From Leidyana gryllorum EB-2025a (lineage: Eukaryota > Protista > Apicomplexa): a DNA stretch of 64,000 nt. The position numbers were made by a program, and so were the translations under genes. The stretch lies in NCBI GenBank assembly GCA_048772705.1, contig JBLWGC010000104.1:806001-870000 (forward strand), read 5' to 3'. The notes beneath the pieces were generated by a model. It was not told the origin of the DNA. It saw only the letters and a program-made list of their open reading frames with translations, and did not search any database. This document shows, piece after piece, positions 1 to 11,047 of the stretch (position 1 is its first letter; the number at the start of each line of letters is the position of its first letter).

Positions 1-512
1 GTTTCACATCAGAAGACATAAGAAAGGTGGACTCATTGAGCGAGGTACCTCTGGCTCGGATGCTTGCCCTCATTGCTGTGAGTAAAATCACCCCTCCTAT
101 CTGGTTGATCTGTGTTTCGCTCAAAATGTAGACTGATCGCACTAGGGTCCCAAGCTTGCGGTTGTATCCTGACTTCGCGGAGGCCAGATCGACAAACCCC
201 AGCTGGCTCACCTTGGAGCTCGAACTTTTTGTATTGACTTTGGAACTCTCAAGATTTGCCGCCTTCCGCTTGTCCGACGAATGCAACGCTTTGTACTCCG
301 GTGAGCCATCAACACCTCGCCACACCTCATCTCACTCCAGAACTTCGAGCCTTACTCCCCATTGATTCATCCGAGAGGGTCACCAAGATATTGAAAGTGC
401 GGTTGAGCCTGGCATCCAAATCTGATGTTCTTTCCGGGGTTCTTGAAGTACCGCCTTCTCCCGAAAGTCCCTTGGTGATGTCCTCAGATTCATGCGAAGG
501 TACGCAACCCAT
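1..512 (-). CDS. Hypothetical protein with N-terminal MGC acylation motif; spliced, runs off the window edge
   Basis: ATG at 512 gives MGCVPSHES... (Gly2/Cys3 myristoylation-palmitoylation pattern). The ORF ends at a GTGAG-type donor near 330 and minus-strand coding appears to continue toward position 1. Confidence 0.5.
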
Positions 513-1053
513 ATAAATGATCAGTATCTACGAGTGGGTGCAGCCGATATCTTTGGAGCATATCTATCTATTCTGGCCCCCCTGATGGGAGCCGGATCCA
601 CCACCCTACTGCGATCACACTCTGGGGCAGCCAATCCTCGCATCACAACCGCTGAGAATTGGCCTACCCGCCTCATTCCGACCACATCCGATACAGAGCG
701 CGTTTCATGGAACGCAACCCCTATCAGAGATGACCAACCTACAGCAGAAGTGATCTGCCAAGATCAAGAGGTCCAATCCCCTGTGCATATGCCGTCACTG
801 GGGCAAAAGAGCCGCAGCGGGCAGGACGATTTGACTGGGCAAGTCCCCCCCTCAGCGGATCTAGATGCACCCGTTTCTCAAGGGGACCGACCCAGCGGGG
901 GTGAACGCATGAAAGATCGCAATGTCGAAGCTGAGGACTCGAAATTGCCATCTGCGGCCGCAACCCGACCTAATTCGGCTGTTTCGAGGCAATGAGGACC
1001 CTCAAAATCCTTTGTTTCAAATGGAAAAGTTCAGAAAGGGGGATGATGGTCCT

Positions 1054-1125
1054 GGGCACGTAGCTCAGGGGTAGAGCAGCTGACTGCAGATCAGCAGGTC
1101 TGCGGTTCAATTCCGCACGTGCCCT
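1054..1125 (+). tRNA. trnC-GCA: tRNA-Cys (anticodon GCA)
   Basis: Acceptor stem GGGCACG/CGTGCCC, D-arm GCTC..GAGC, anticodon arm GCTGA-CTGCAGA-TCAGC, T-arm TGCGG-TTCAATT-CCGCA; 72 nt, no intron. Confidence 0.97.
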
Positions 1126-1128
1126 CGC

Positions 1129-1135
1129 TTTTTTT
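1129..1135 (+). terminator. RNA polymerase III oligo-T terminator of tRNA-Cys
   Basis: Run of T residues 3 nt after the discriminator base. Confidence 0.8.
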
Positions 1136-1480
1136 CCGCACAACCTCGCGGCCAATGGGCCAATAGGCCTCTTTATGGACACCAAAGACCAAAACCAGCC
1201 TCGCCAAAGGCGTTGCATGACCAGCTTGCGGTTTCCAACTTGCTCGGTTTCGTGGGAGGGGGAACGGTGTAGCACACACACGAGCACACACAACCGGTGT
1301 TGGGCCGCATACAGTTTAGTGATCTAGACCTGCCTCAACAAGCTCTTTATGGAACTGTGGGATATGTCTTGGGTCAATGTTGCAGCACACAGCTTTTGGG
1401 ACAGATCGTCCGGAGGTGTCAAAGATCGTAACAGCATATTCACTCACTCATCAACTCGCATTCTAGTTTAATCTAAGAAA

Positions 1481-2306
1481 ATGCGCGTTTCAACTCACTT
1501 GATCACTTTGGCAATGCTCTCTATGGCCCCGGCCACCAATGCGGAAGGACACGACGGTGTTGCCGAGTTCTTCCAAGGTTTAAAGGTTGGCCGTGATGCT
1601 ACTGAGTATAGACGTAACCCGTCGGCATTGAACGAAGTTCGTGAGCATCCCCATCATCAGCATACTCAAGATCACATCCTGTACAATCCGGAATCGGACC
1701 TACACATTATCACCCGTGGGAGCTTGCTGCGCCGTCTCGGTGACATCGAGAACCGTATTCTTGAAGCTGAATCAACCGTTGCTGTTGACGCTCAGGAATC
1801 TACCGTTTCTACTGACGCTGAGATCTCCTCTACACACGTGGTCGTACCAGCCCCCGAGACCACCCAGCCTGCTGTTGAGCCGTCTTCGGCAACAGACGCT
1901 CCCGTGGTTACACCAGAGGTTTCTCAACAAGAAAGTGCCGAGACCCCCATCACTACCACCGCCACCACCACGACACCTGCAACTCACTCCAGCCCAACGG
2001 TAAGCAACATGATGAAAGGATAGTCTTTCATGCAAGCCTTCCGCACAGACGAGTTCTTCTACCACAACTCGTACACCTTTGACCTGCCGAAAAGGTGGAC
2101 CGATTGTCGGTGATGTGGAAGTCTGTCAGGCTGGTGTCACTGCAATGTTCTCGGTACACGAGGCCTGGTGCAAGGAACACTGTGCTGAGGTGCTTGAAGA
2201 CCCCTCTGGAACTCCTTTCCTGTGGTGCCAGATTGTGGGTATCTGTGACCTCACAGAATGTGTTTACACATTCTGGAGCACAGCTTGCAAGCCCGTTGCT
2301 GCTTAG
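1481..2306 (+). CDS. Secreted Thr/Pro-rich mucin-like protein with C-terminal 8-Cys domain (paralog A)
   Basis: Signal peptide MRVSTHLITLAMLSMAPATNA. A 37-nt intron at 2000-2036 (GTAAG..CAAG) joins ORF 1481 in frame to ORF 2079 (CRKGGPIVGD...FWSTACK). Confidence 0.85.
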
Positions 2307-2524
2307 ACACGTCATTGTTTAGTTAGTTTCAAGGGAAATAGATTTTATCGAAGTCGAGTTCAACTAAAGTTGGAAAAATTGATTGAGATTAGATTGCGGA
2401 ATGCCGGAACGTTGGATAGCTGGATGGTGGGTGCCCCAAAGTTAGACACACACATAATTTGTCCCCTGCGCATTCATGTTATACTCCGTGTGAAAGTTTG
2501 TCCTCTCTCTTCTCCCTTCTCAAG

Positions 2525-3415
2525 ATGCGTCTCTCCTCCTTATTTGTTGCCGCTCTTGTCCTCAACGTCGGTTACGGATCAGAGTCTTCGCTTCGCTCTG
2601 CGAACTTGAGGCAGCTCGAGGATGAGGAGGAACAACGACTGTGTTTCTGGCCTTGGTGCGTGGCAAGCACCACCACGACCACAACAACGACAACAACAAC
2701 CACAACAACACAGGTCGACTTGACATCGGAGGGGCCGACGACAACGGAGACAACAACTACGACAACGACTACGACTCCGGCACCTACCACGACTCCCCCG
2801 CCAACAACTCCGGCGTCGACTACGACGGTGCCGATTGTCCACTCCACTCTGACCACAACCGGCACCCCACAAGTGGTACTGACGACGGGTCCGGCATCGA
2901 CTACGACGGTGCCGATTGTCCACTCCACTCTGACCACAACCGGCACCCCACAAGTGGTACTGACGACGGGTCCGGCAGCGACTACGACGGTGCCGATTGT
3001 CCACTCCACTCTGACCACAACCGGCACCCCACAAGTGGTACTGACGACGGGTCCGGCATCGACTACGACGGTGCCGATTGTCCACTCCACTCTGACCACA
3101 ACCGGCACAGCCCAAGCCACACTTACCACGGGTCCCGTCGTGCTGCCAACGACCGCTACAGCACAGCCAGTTCAGTCCACTGCTGCTACTGTTTGCCGGA
3201 AAGGAGGCCCAATTGTAGGCGACCTGGCCGCTTGTAAAGCAGCAGTGACCTCCATCTTACCGGTGGCTGATCATGAAGTGTGGTGCAAAGAGCACTGCGA
3301 TGAGGTGATGAGTGACGCAGCAGGCACCCCGTACGTCTGGTGTCAAGCTGTGGGAGTTTGCGACCTGACTGAATGTGTGTTGACTTTCTGGAGTACAGCC
3401 TGCAAGGCGGTTTAG
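2525..3415 (+). CDS. Secreted Thr-rich mucin-like protein with 27-aa repeats and the same 8-Cys domain (paralog B)
   Basis: Signal peptide MRLSSLFVAALVLNVGYG from ATG 2525, poly-Thr tracts, C-terminal CRKGGPIVGD...CDLTECVLTFWSTACK closely matching paralog A. Confidence 0.88.
   Translation: MRLSSLFVAALVLNVGYGSESSLRSANLRQLEDEEEQRLCFWPWCVASTTTTTTTTTTTTTTQVDLTSEGPTTTETTTTTTTTTPAPTTTPPPTTPASTTTVPIVHSTLTTTGTPQVVLTTGPASTTTVPIVHSTLTTTGTPQVVLTTGPAATTTVPIVHSTLTTTGTPQVVLTTGPASTTTVPIVHSTLTTTGTAQATLTTGPVVLPTTATAQPVQSTAATVCRKGGPIVGDLAACKAAVTSILPVADHEVWCKEHCDEVMSDAAGTPYVWCQAVGVCDLTECVLTFWSTACKAV
2813..3136 (+). repeat. 81-bp coding tandem repeat, 3 near-identical copies plus 1 degenerate
   Basis: Each unit encodes ASTTTVPIVHSTLTTTGTPQVVLTTGP. 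Confidence 0.92.
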
Positions 3416-3744
3416 AGTTTAAAGATTTCTATAGTTTGAATGGATTGTCCCCACGCTTTGAAATTCATCCCCTAATATTGCTAATGAAACATGAGCACCA
3501 AGTGATGAGATAATGTAGCATTCAGGATGTATCCGAGCAGCCGCTGTTGTTGTGGTCTGGGCACTGTCCACACACTCTGCTGTTGTTTCATCGCCCTCCA
3601 GCATTCTGAGTTCGACACAATATATCTGTTCGCTCTTCCCGTTCTTGGTGGTTAAATCAGCTTCGTCAGTGAAAGTGGAGCTATTCTAATCTGGTTGGGG
3701 TGGCGGGTAGGTGTTCCGGACAGAAAAGTTGATATGGCCAGCAC

Positions 3745-4616
3745 TCAGCTCTTCACGTCGCTCTTCTGCGCCAGATAGATGTATATGTAAGGGTTGGCCG
3801 AGGCTGACTGAGGGCCCCAGATCTCAGGGGGGAGTTGTCGGGACAGTGTTCGTACAGAAACATCCCATTGCAGGGGTGCACGCTCGAACATTTGGAGCCG
3901 ACTGTTAGGAAACGCGTGAGACACACAAACGAAGGCACCTCCAGGCCTGCAGAGAGAAAGATTGAGACAGCCAACTTGATCATCATATAGCTGGGTAGGT
4001 CCACAATAGGCTTAGGACATCCGCTTACTTTAGGACCCGGTACACTTCTACGAGAACTTTGTGGACTTCTGGCGGTGCTACATCAGCACACTGAGCAGAG
4101 CATTCATGTGATGAATGTGTTTGGCGCACTCACCATGAGGCTATCGATGAGGCCTTTATCGATCACATGCGTGAAAGTGCCGCTTGCAAACTCGTTCATG
4201 TGCCGTGCATCCATAGTTTGATCTGGGTGGAGGGCATGATGAGGGAGGGCACTTTTGAATTATCAGCGACTCACAGACGAGCTTAGGTTTGGCTGCTTTG
4301 GTTTTGAGACTTATGGCAACCGAGGAGTAGTCGATACTGGTAATTTCCTTGAATCCGTCCTCCTCCATATCTTCCGCAAGGGCTGAAACAGAGGTCGTGG
4401 GCACTCCTGGGGTTCGCTCTTACTGGAGGTGCCACAGCCAATGTGCAGAATGTTGGCCTTCTTGGCATTAATTACTTCACGAAGGAATGGTTTTAGGTGA
4501 CCATAGTTGCAGTACCATTCAAAGACCTCAGGGTCTCTGTTACGGGTTGAATATAATGGGTCAGAGCCTCACCTGGTGTACTTGTCATCCCAATATTCTC
4601 GTTTGGAATACTGCAT
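3745..4616 (-). CDS. SAM-dependent methyltransferase, METTL13-N/EEF1AKMT4-like
   Basis: Spliced translation MQYSKREYWDDKYTR-DPEVFEWY...ILHIGCGTS..LAEDMEEDGFKEITSIDYS...VYRVLKPGGAFVCVS; several short introns. A further 3' exon toward 3419 is possible. Confidence 0.85.
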
Positions 4617-4674
4617 TATGGGTTTTTGGCCCCATTCTGGTCGAGGTGCACTTGAACTATACGTGTCGAGTGAA

Positions 4675-7600
4675 ATGCTCTCACAGGAGAGATACACTCT
4701 TTCTGTCACTATCCATTCTATACAACAGCTAGTGTGGCCTCGCCAGTCACAGTCGTACAATGGGACCGTTTCAATTCAGGATGCCTTACTTTTAAGTCGA
4801 ATAGGTGGCACGCCAGCAACAAATGGGGCAGCCACCCACCTCCCACTGCCCTGTGTGGAGATTAAAGCCGGAAGTGAGTGACCAAGTTATTCTCCGCACT
4901 CATTTACCCACAACTAGACACCACGCACATATTGACATCGAAACAAGCGGGTCACTCTCAGACCTACGAGAGGACGTTCAGTTTGCCTGATGTCGCCCCT
5001 TTGTCCACCAGCGGAACTACAGATCAGGGTAACTTACCCACCCGACTATTTCAGGCCATTATGGGCACTAACTCTCCCAATGAATCTCCCCGTGGCTCGG
5101 AGACTGGAGCAGCCAATAGTTCGAGTGAAACAATGATTACCATCAAAGTATATCATAAAGCTTTCTGGACTCAGGAGCTCATTGGGGAATATGCTCGCAG
5201 TCTCCAGTCCGTCGTCGCTGCGGGACCGTCCGGTGTCCGTCGTATCCGTGTACCACTTCGTCAATCACTCGATCCTTCCACAGTCCGAGGGTGGCTGACT
5301 CTCAGTATTCATGTACTCTTTGCGGCCGATCAAGCCTTGGCAGACAGATTCTCTCTGATGGATCCTTACGCCGCGCCGAGAATGGAGGAAGGGCACATTC
5401 TGGAATATCAGCAGAGTTGTTTGAAATGCAACATATATTGGGCTCGCGACATCCTGGCAGTCGCTGGTCGTCTCACCAAGTCCGCCACACTGCCTACAAT
5501 CTATCTAAGACTCCGCCACGGTGTTGCCGTCTCACAATTGTCCCGCGTCTCGCACTCCAGGGAACCCAGCTGGAATCAGTCTGTGGGGCTTCCAGCCACT
5601 AATCCCCTGTCTGATGACTATCTATACGTAGAGATGTATCAGGTTCCTGAGAGTGGGATGGACAGCTCGGCGAAAAGGATAGCTCGGCGACGAATAAAGT
5701 GAGTCGGGTCTCGCATTCCTCCTAATCTGCCTTTCTGCAGCGGTCGAGAGCTCTTTGAGCAGCCCACGTGGATACACTTTTATTGGACAAACTTTGAGGA
5801 GACAACCGAAGACTTGGACTCGGAGGACTCTGGGCTCGAGGCTGGGGCTGGGGCCGGGGCCGGGGCCGGGGCCGCAGAGGGTTTGATGCAAGCCGTGCGT
5901 ACTTTGAGTCGAGGCTTCAGTCGCTTCTCGGCTTCTAGCGATGAGCAATCCAATAAAGGTACCAGTGCCCCGAACACTCAGCAGCAGCAGTTGTCGAGCA
6001 AGTTTTTCTCGCCGTCTCCGCTCGAATACCTCGGCGCAGTACTCTTCTCTGCCACCCTCACCTCGGACGAGAGGCCCTCGCTCTTACCCCTGCCCCTTCC
6101 GTCAACAGCACTGCCCACTGCCGACCCTCCCACGATTTCTTACCAACTTCGGATAGATTTGTACTCATTGAACGTGAGAGGTCGGCGTCTCACCTTCCGA
6201 TCCGGGGCGGTGATGATTCTGTCTATGGGCACTTGGTTACACACCATTGACCTCCCGCCAACCTCGGCCTGGCCGATGCCCCTGGATGTGCGAGTCGATG
6301 ATCAACAAATGAATCTGCCTCCGCTTCACATGGCGCCCGGACTCATCATCAGAATCATAAGCAAACAGCAGTTGAACAGTGCGTCACCCGCGACCAGTTC
6401 TACCAGCTGTCTCTTCATGACAGTGATTCCTGCTGTACATATGATAGATCAAGACGACACGCCTGTGTGGAAAGAACTGTATGTGGAGAGTGAGGAATTT
6501 GCAGTAACCGGAGGTCAACGGGATGATGTGTTGGCGCCCGCCACGTCACCAGTCCAGGGGACCGGAGCTCAGCTTTTGACCAGTTGCGTATTGATACCCG
6601 AGAGAGATGTGAGTCACAACATATTATCAGACTGCCAGAAACAGCCCGCCCTGCCTTCAGGTTGCCCTTCGCCCGCGAGTCGGCAGATCCTCCATGAACT
6701 TTGTGCTGCGACACCTACGCGCGTGTGTATACCAAGCGTTCTGTGTCCCGTCTTTCACGGCGGGACACTTCCCCAATACTCAAGTTGAGATAACATTTGG
6801 TGGTGTGACTGAGACATCACAGACAATTCTGGAGTCACACAGTCCAGAGTGGACAGAATACATAGACTTCCCCGTCATGATGCCGGCAGAAACTTCTCTG
6901 TGTGGGCCAATGGAAGTGCGTTTGTGGGCGATGGATGAAACGGGACACGATCGTGAGGGACTTTTAGGGCAATTTGACATCAAAATAGAGCACGTCTTGG
7001 GGATGCGGTTTGACAAACCCGAATGGTTCCTCGCATTCCAGAAATCGCTGCCCTCTGAACTCGCGGCCAAAGTCCTGTTGGGCATACAGCTCCTCGATAG
7101 CCCCCCACCAGCTCAGAACGATACGGGTCAACCTCCACCACTGGACAATCTTCCAGGACCTCTTGACGATCTGATAAAGGCAGAACTGGAACTTTGTGTC
7201 GTGGGATTCCGACTTTTACCTTTCGTTCAATGCGCCTTTCCTTTCCCGAAAATCAATCTCAGCATGGGCAGGTGGGTGTGTCTGGTGCAGTGTAGTGTAG
7301 TGTCTCATACTCAATACTCTTCTTTCAGGCGTCCCGACAACGTGAATGGCTGGATTTTTGACGAGACCTTGGTCGACTCCGAGGTGGCGCGTAGAGCGAG
7401 ATCGGGACAACTGAACCTTCTGAGAATGATCAGTATGGCAGCCCATTTCCCTCAATCGTCAGAGTATCAGACTTGCATGTTCCTTAGTGTCTACCAGAAA
7501 GCGTCAGACTCGGACTTCTTCCTGCACCCATCCAGCGCAGATCATCTTGCAGCGATAGGAACCCTCAATTTGACACCAATTGCACCGTGGACAGATCCTC

Positions 7601-9688
7601 AGCTCGGAGTCTTATTAGAAAAGACTTTTATTCCCCATTTACCTCATCTGAGATCAACCGGGATCTATTGGGAAAGTATTCGGAACGCCATCGGCGTCAA
7701 CTCCTCATTCCCCACACCTAAGAGTGTTTTGAGTTCCGCTTATGCTGAAGTGGATGATGGCCCGCATCTGAGTCCCTTCGGAGATCCAATTGAGTCTGGC
7801 CAAGCGTTCACAACTCTCGGCCCTCAACTTGAGGATATGACTGCCCAAGACGTGAGTGATGGATCTATAGTGATATTTGCATTACACCGCATCCCATCTC
7901 CAGCCATTGGTCGTATTGAGTTTGCGCGCCGTCAAGGACGCGGCGGCCAGTTCGAGCAGCCCGGAAGTCTGGGAGCTGGAAACAGTCGCCACCGATGAGC
8001 AAGAAATCTTAGAGAGAACTCGCGAGGTGGGTACCAGACATTGTATCGGGAGCAATTCTTTCAGTGCGCCGGGTCATTGGACGCAAGGCTGCAGTTTCGC
8101 AGAGCCCCGTGGATATCAATACCGCTCGTAGGATGCTATCCGAATGGAACCTATGAGTTAGTGGGCTTCACTCGGATGATTGTCAACATCAAAGAGGCCA
8201 ACACCGAGACCGTATCCCCGGTTCCGACCGTTAGCGCGCGCACTGAATTAGATCAGAAGGTTCAAAGAGTTCTCGACCGCATTTCACCCGTGCAAAGGAT
8301 GTCTTTGAGACTTCACGTTTACAGCGCTACGGGTTTGAGTCCGGCACATCCAGACCGGATGGGTGAAGATGATGGTCCCCCAAAGTGGTCTTTGGCGGTC
8401 CAAGTGGGCCGCGATAATCAGACCTTTGAAGACGTTCGAATTGCTGCCGGGAACAGTGTAGCGACTCAACTCCACGGAACTGGAAATACTTCATCGGGGA
8501 AACACTCGATTGCTGACGCTCAAAACCCTGCAGTAGGCTACGAGCCATCCTTTTATCAATCCTTCGAACTCGATGTATACTTCCCCATCAATACCTTCTG
8601 CGTCTTCACCCTCCTGGAACAGTGAGTGACAGTTGAACCGTTCCACATCAACTCTGCTCTATTCGACAGTGGGCCACGAGATAGTCCGATGTTCGCTAAC
8701 TGCAGAGCCTGGGTGGACCTCGAGAACCGTTTCGCTAACGACGAATGGCATAACCACCTTAGATTAGAGGTGAGACAATATCTCCAACTACTCCTCATTC
8801 TTCCATATCTCCCAGCCACCGATCGAGGTGTTGGACCTCTTCCGGTTGCCTTTGACCCACTCTCCGTCGCTGGGAAACTTGTCTGCGGGACAGCTCAAGG
8901 TCGCCATTCAACTCGTTCGCCAGGAAGAACGACCTCTGCAGTAAGTTCAGACTCGCAACGCTCGATTGGAACCTTCGTGTTGCAGTCCATACCGTCCGTT
9001 GGTGCGACCGAAGACACAGAATATGGAGGTGCGGCTGGTAGTCTTCGGGATCCAAGGCGTACCGTATCCGGATGGGGAGCCTCGGTCTCTCTTTGTACAA
9101 TGCGCCTTGGCCGGATATGAAACTGAAGCCGACGTCCAGACGACCGACGTTCATCTCAATTCGGCCGATGGATCGGCATTGTATAATTGGCGGTTCAAGT
9201 TCTGCTCAGAGGTGTACATTCAGAAACGAGTTCGCACAATCATCTGTCAAGTTTGGTCGAGCAATTACGTCGCCTCCAACGAGCTCTTAGCAGAGGCTGA
9301 GATACCCATCACAGACGAGCTGTTCCAGGCGTACTGTGACAATAAGGGTATTATCGGCGATGTGGAGAGGCAACTCAGATTGCATCTTCCAACAGGAGAG
9401 ACAGCCAAGGAGGCCGGGGTATTGACATATCGATTGGACGTGTTGACTGCCGAAGAAGCCGCAGAGTCACCAGTGGGATTGGGGCACGAAGAGCCAAATA
9501 GAGACCCATACTTGAACAAGGTGACACAGAATAGGAGCTTATTGGCCGACACGGCGCTGATGAAGCTCGCTCAAGATACGGTAGCGGGTGTCAAACGAGA
9601 AAGCTGGAAGTTGAAAGCTATTCTGATACTCATTGCGTGCTTGCCAGTGTTATACATGCTTAGTTTGGTCAAGTCGTTGGTGTCATAA
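4675..9688 (+). CDS. Ferlin-family multi-C2 tail-anchored protein
   Basis: Several C2-like segments (YTLSVTIH, CNIYWARD, SPEWTEYIDF, LRLHVYSA, YNWRFKF), the ferlin-type C-terminal motif SPVGLGHEEPNRDPYL and one C-terminal TM helix. Multi-exon; start could be ATG 4618 or 4675. Confidence 0.85.
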
Positions 9689-9707
9689 TCATTTTTACAC
9701 ACTACAA

Positions 9708-11005
9708 ATGGACTCAATATGGGTGGAGAAGTATCGACCAACCTCGCTTGACGACATTGTCGGGAATGAATATGCTTTGCAGCGCCTCAAAGGTGTCATC
9801 AGTGCCGGAGCCACCACCCATTTGCTCGTGGCGGTGAGTCAAGACAGCAATCTCGGCCAATGAACTATCGCAAAGGGGCCTCCCGGAGTGGGGAAGACGT
9901 CCAGTTTGCACTGCATCGCCAGAGAGTTGCTCGGCAACAAACTGCAGCGAGGACTACTCGAGATGAATGCTGCCGATGAGCGGTAAGGGGGAGAGTGTGC
10001 ACCCGTACTCGAATCTATCTTGCCGCAATCAATGCTCTGCATGGCCCCTCCGTCTGGCTGTCAAATGGAGCTTGTCTTTTGCAGAGGGATCGATGTGGTG
10101 CGGGAAAAGATCCGCAATTTCGCCAAGGAGAAGGTTGACCTGCCGCCAGGACGCACCAAGTTTGTTATCTTGGACGAGGTGGACTCGATGACAGAGGCCG
10201 CGCAACAAGCACTGAGACGTATCATGGAGTTGTATTCTGATACAACACGCTTTGCTCTAGCGTGTAACCAAACAGAGAAAGTTCTGGACCCCATCCAAAG
10301 TCGATGTGCGGTGGTGCGCTTCTCACGCGTGACGGCAGGTCAGGCCAAGGCCTGTTTGCGACGAATCTGTGAAAAGGAAAATCTCAAGTATGAGGAAGAA
10401 GCGCTGGATGTGATTTATCAAACATCCGAAGGAGATATGCGAAAGGTGGGCCAGATTGTCTACGGTATTCTAAAGTGCTCCCACATCCGACAGGCAATTG
10501 GAGCACTTCAAGCGGCTGCTGCGGCCTATGATTGTGTCGCCATTCCGTCAATATACCACGTACGCCACTGCACACACGTAACCGATAGACAAACTCCGCT
10601 ATCCACTAGGCCTGTGATGTACCCCCGGCTGACAAGTTGAATGAAGTATTTGAAAGCTGTCGTAAGGGGAATTGGCGGCCGGCGCATGACATCATGTCAA
10701 CACTGCTATCGGATGGATATAGCCCAACTGATCTTCTGAGTAAGTTGGGTGTGTGTGCGGGGACCAGATCGTTTTTGTTCAGAATCATTGAAATATGTTA
10801 TCAATAATTGTGACTTGTGTGAGATCCGACGGAATGCGTGTTTCCGGGAGATTGTCTACGCCAGTACGGCCGGGGAGCGCCATCACATGACGATGATGCA
10901 GATAGAGTGGGTGATACACCGTCTTTGATTACTCCGCGACTCGCCCTTTAACTCAGTCGACTGTTGTGCCGTTTGTGCCAGACCATATTGGGGCCAGTTC
11001 GTTGA
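9708..11005 (+). CDS. RFC2: Replication factor C small subunit (human RFC2 / yeast Rfc4 type)
   Basis: WVEKYRP, Walker A GPPGVGKT, EMNAADERGIDVVR, KVDLPPGR, ILDEVDSMT, ALRRIME, RFALACN, IQSRC; about 6 introns. Confidence 0.92.
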
Positions 11006-11047
11006 CCAAATGGTTAATGGTGCATCATTGCGTGCGCGCGTGACAAG

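Noticed and set aside
492-995. 167-aa plus-strand ORF before the tRNA
   Set aside because: No recognisable features, and it overlaps the start of the minus-strand MGC gene; cannot be supported, though not excluded.
2813-3136. Direct repeats as a possible CRISPR array
   Set aside because: Contiguous in-frame 81-bp units with no spacers, eukaryotic context, and no cas genes.
2572-3237. Long antisense and alternative-frame ORFs (Val-rich, Asp/His-rich) over the mucin repeats
   Set aside because: Shadows of ACN-rich repeat codons that lack stops; only the Thr frame has a signal peptide and the conserved domain.
5841-5873. GGGGCY hexamer run as a G-quadruplex element
   Set aside because: Simply encodes an Ala-Gly repeat in ferlin; no further support.
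4675-11005. Fragmented ORFs suggesting frameshifting, pseudogenes or stop-codon reassignment
   Set aside because: The breaks I examined are explained by canonical short GT-AG introns that restore the frame.
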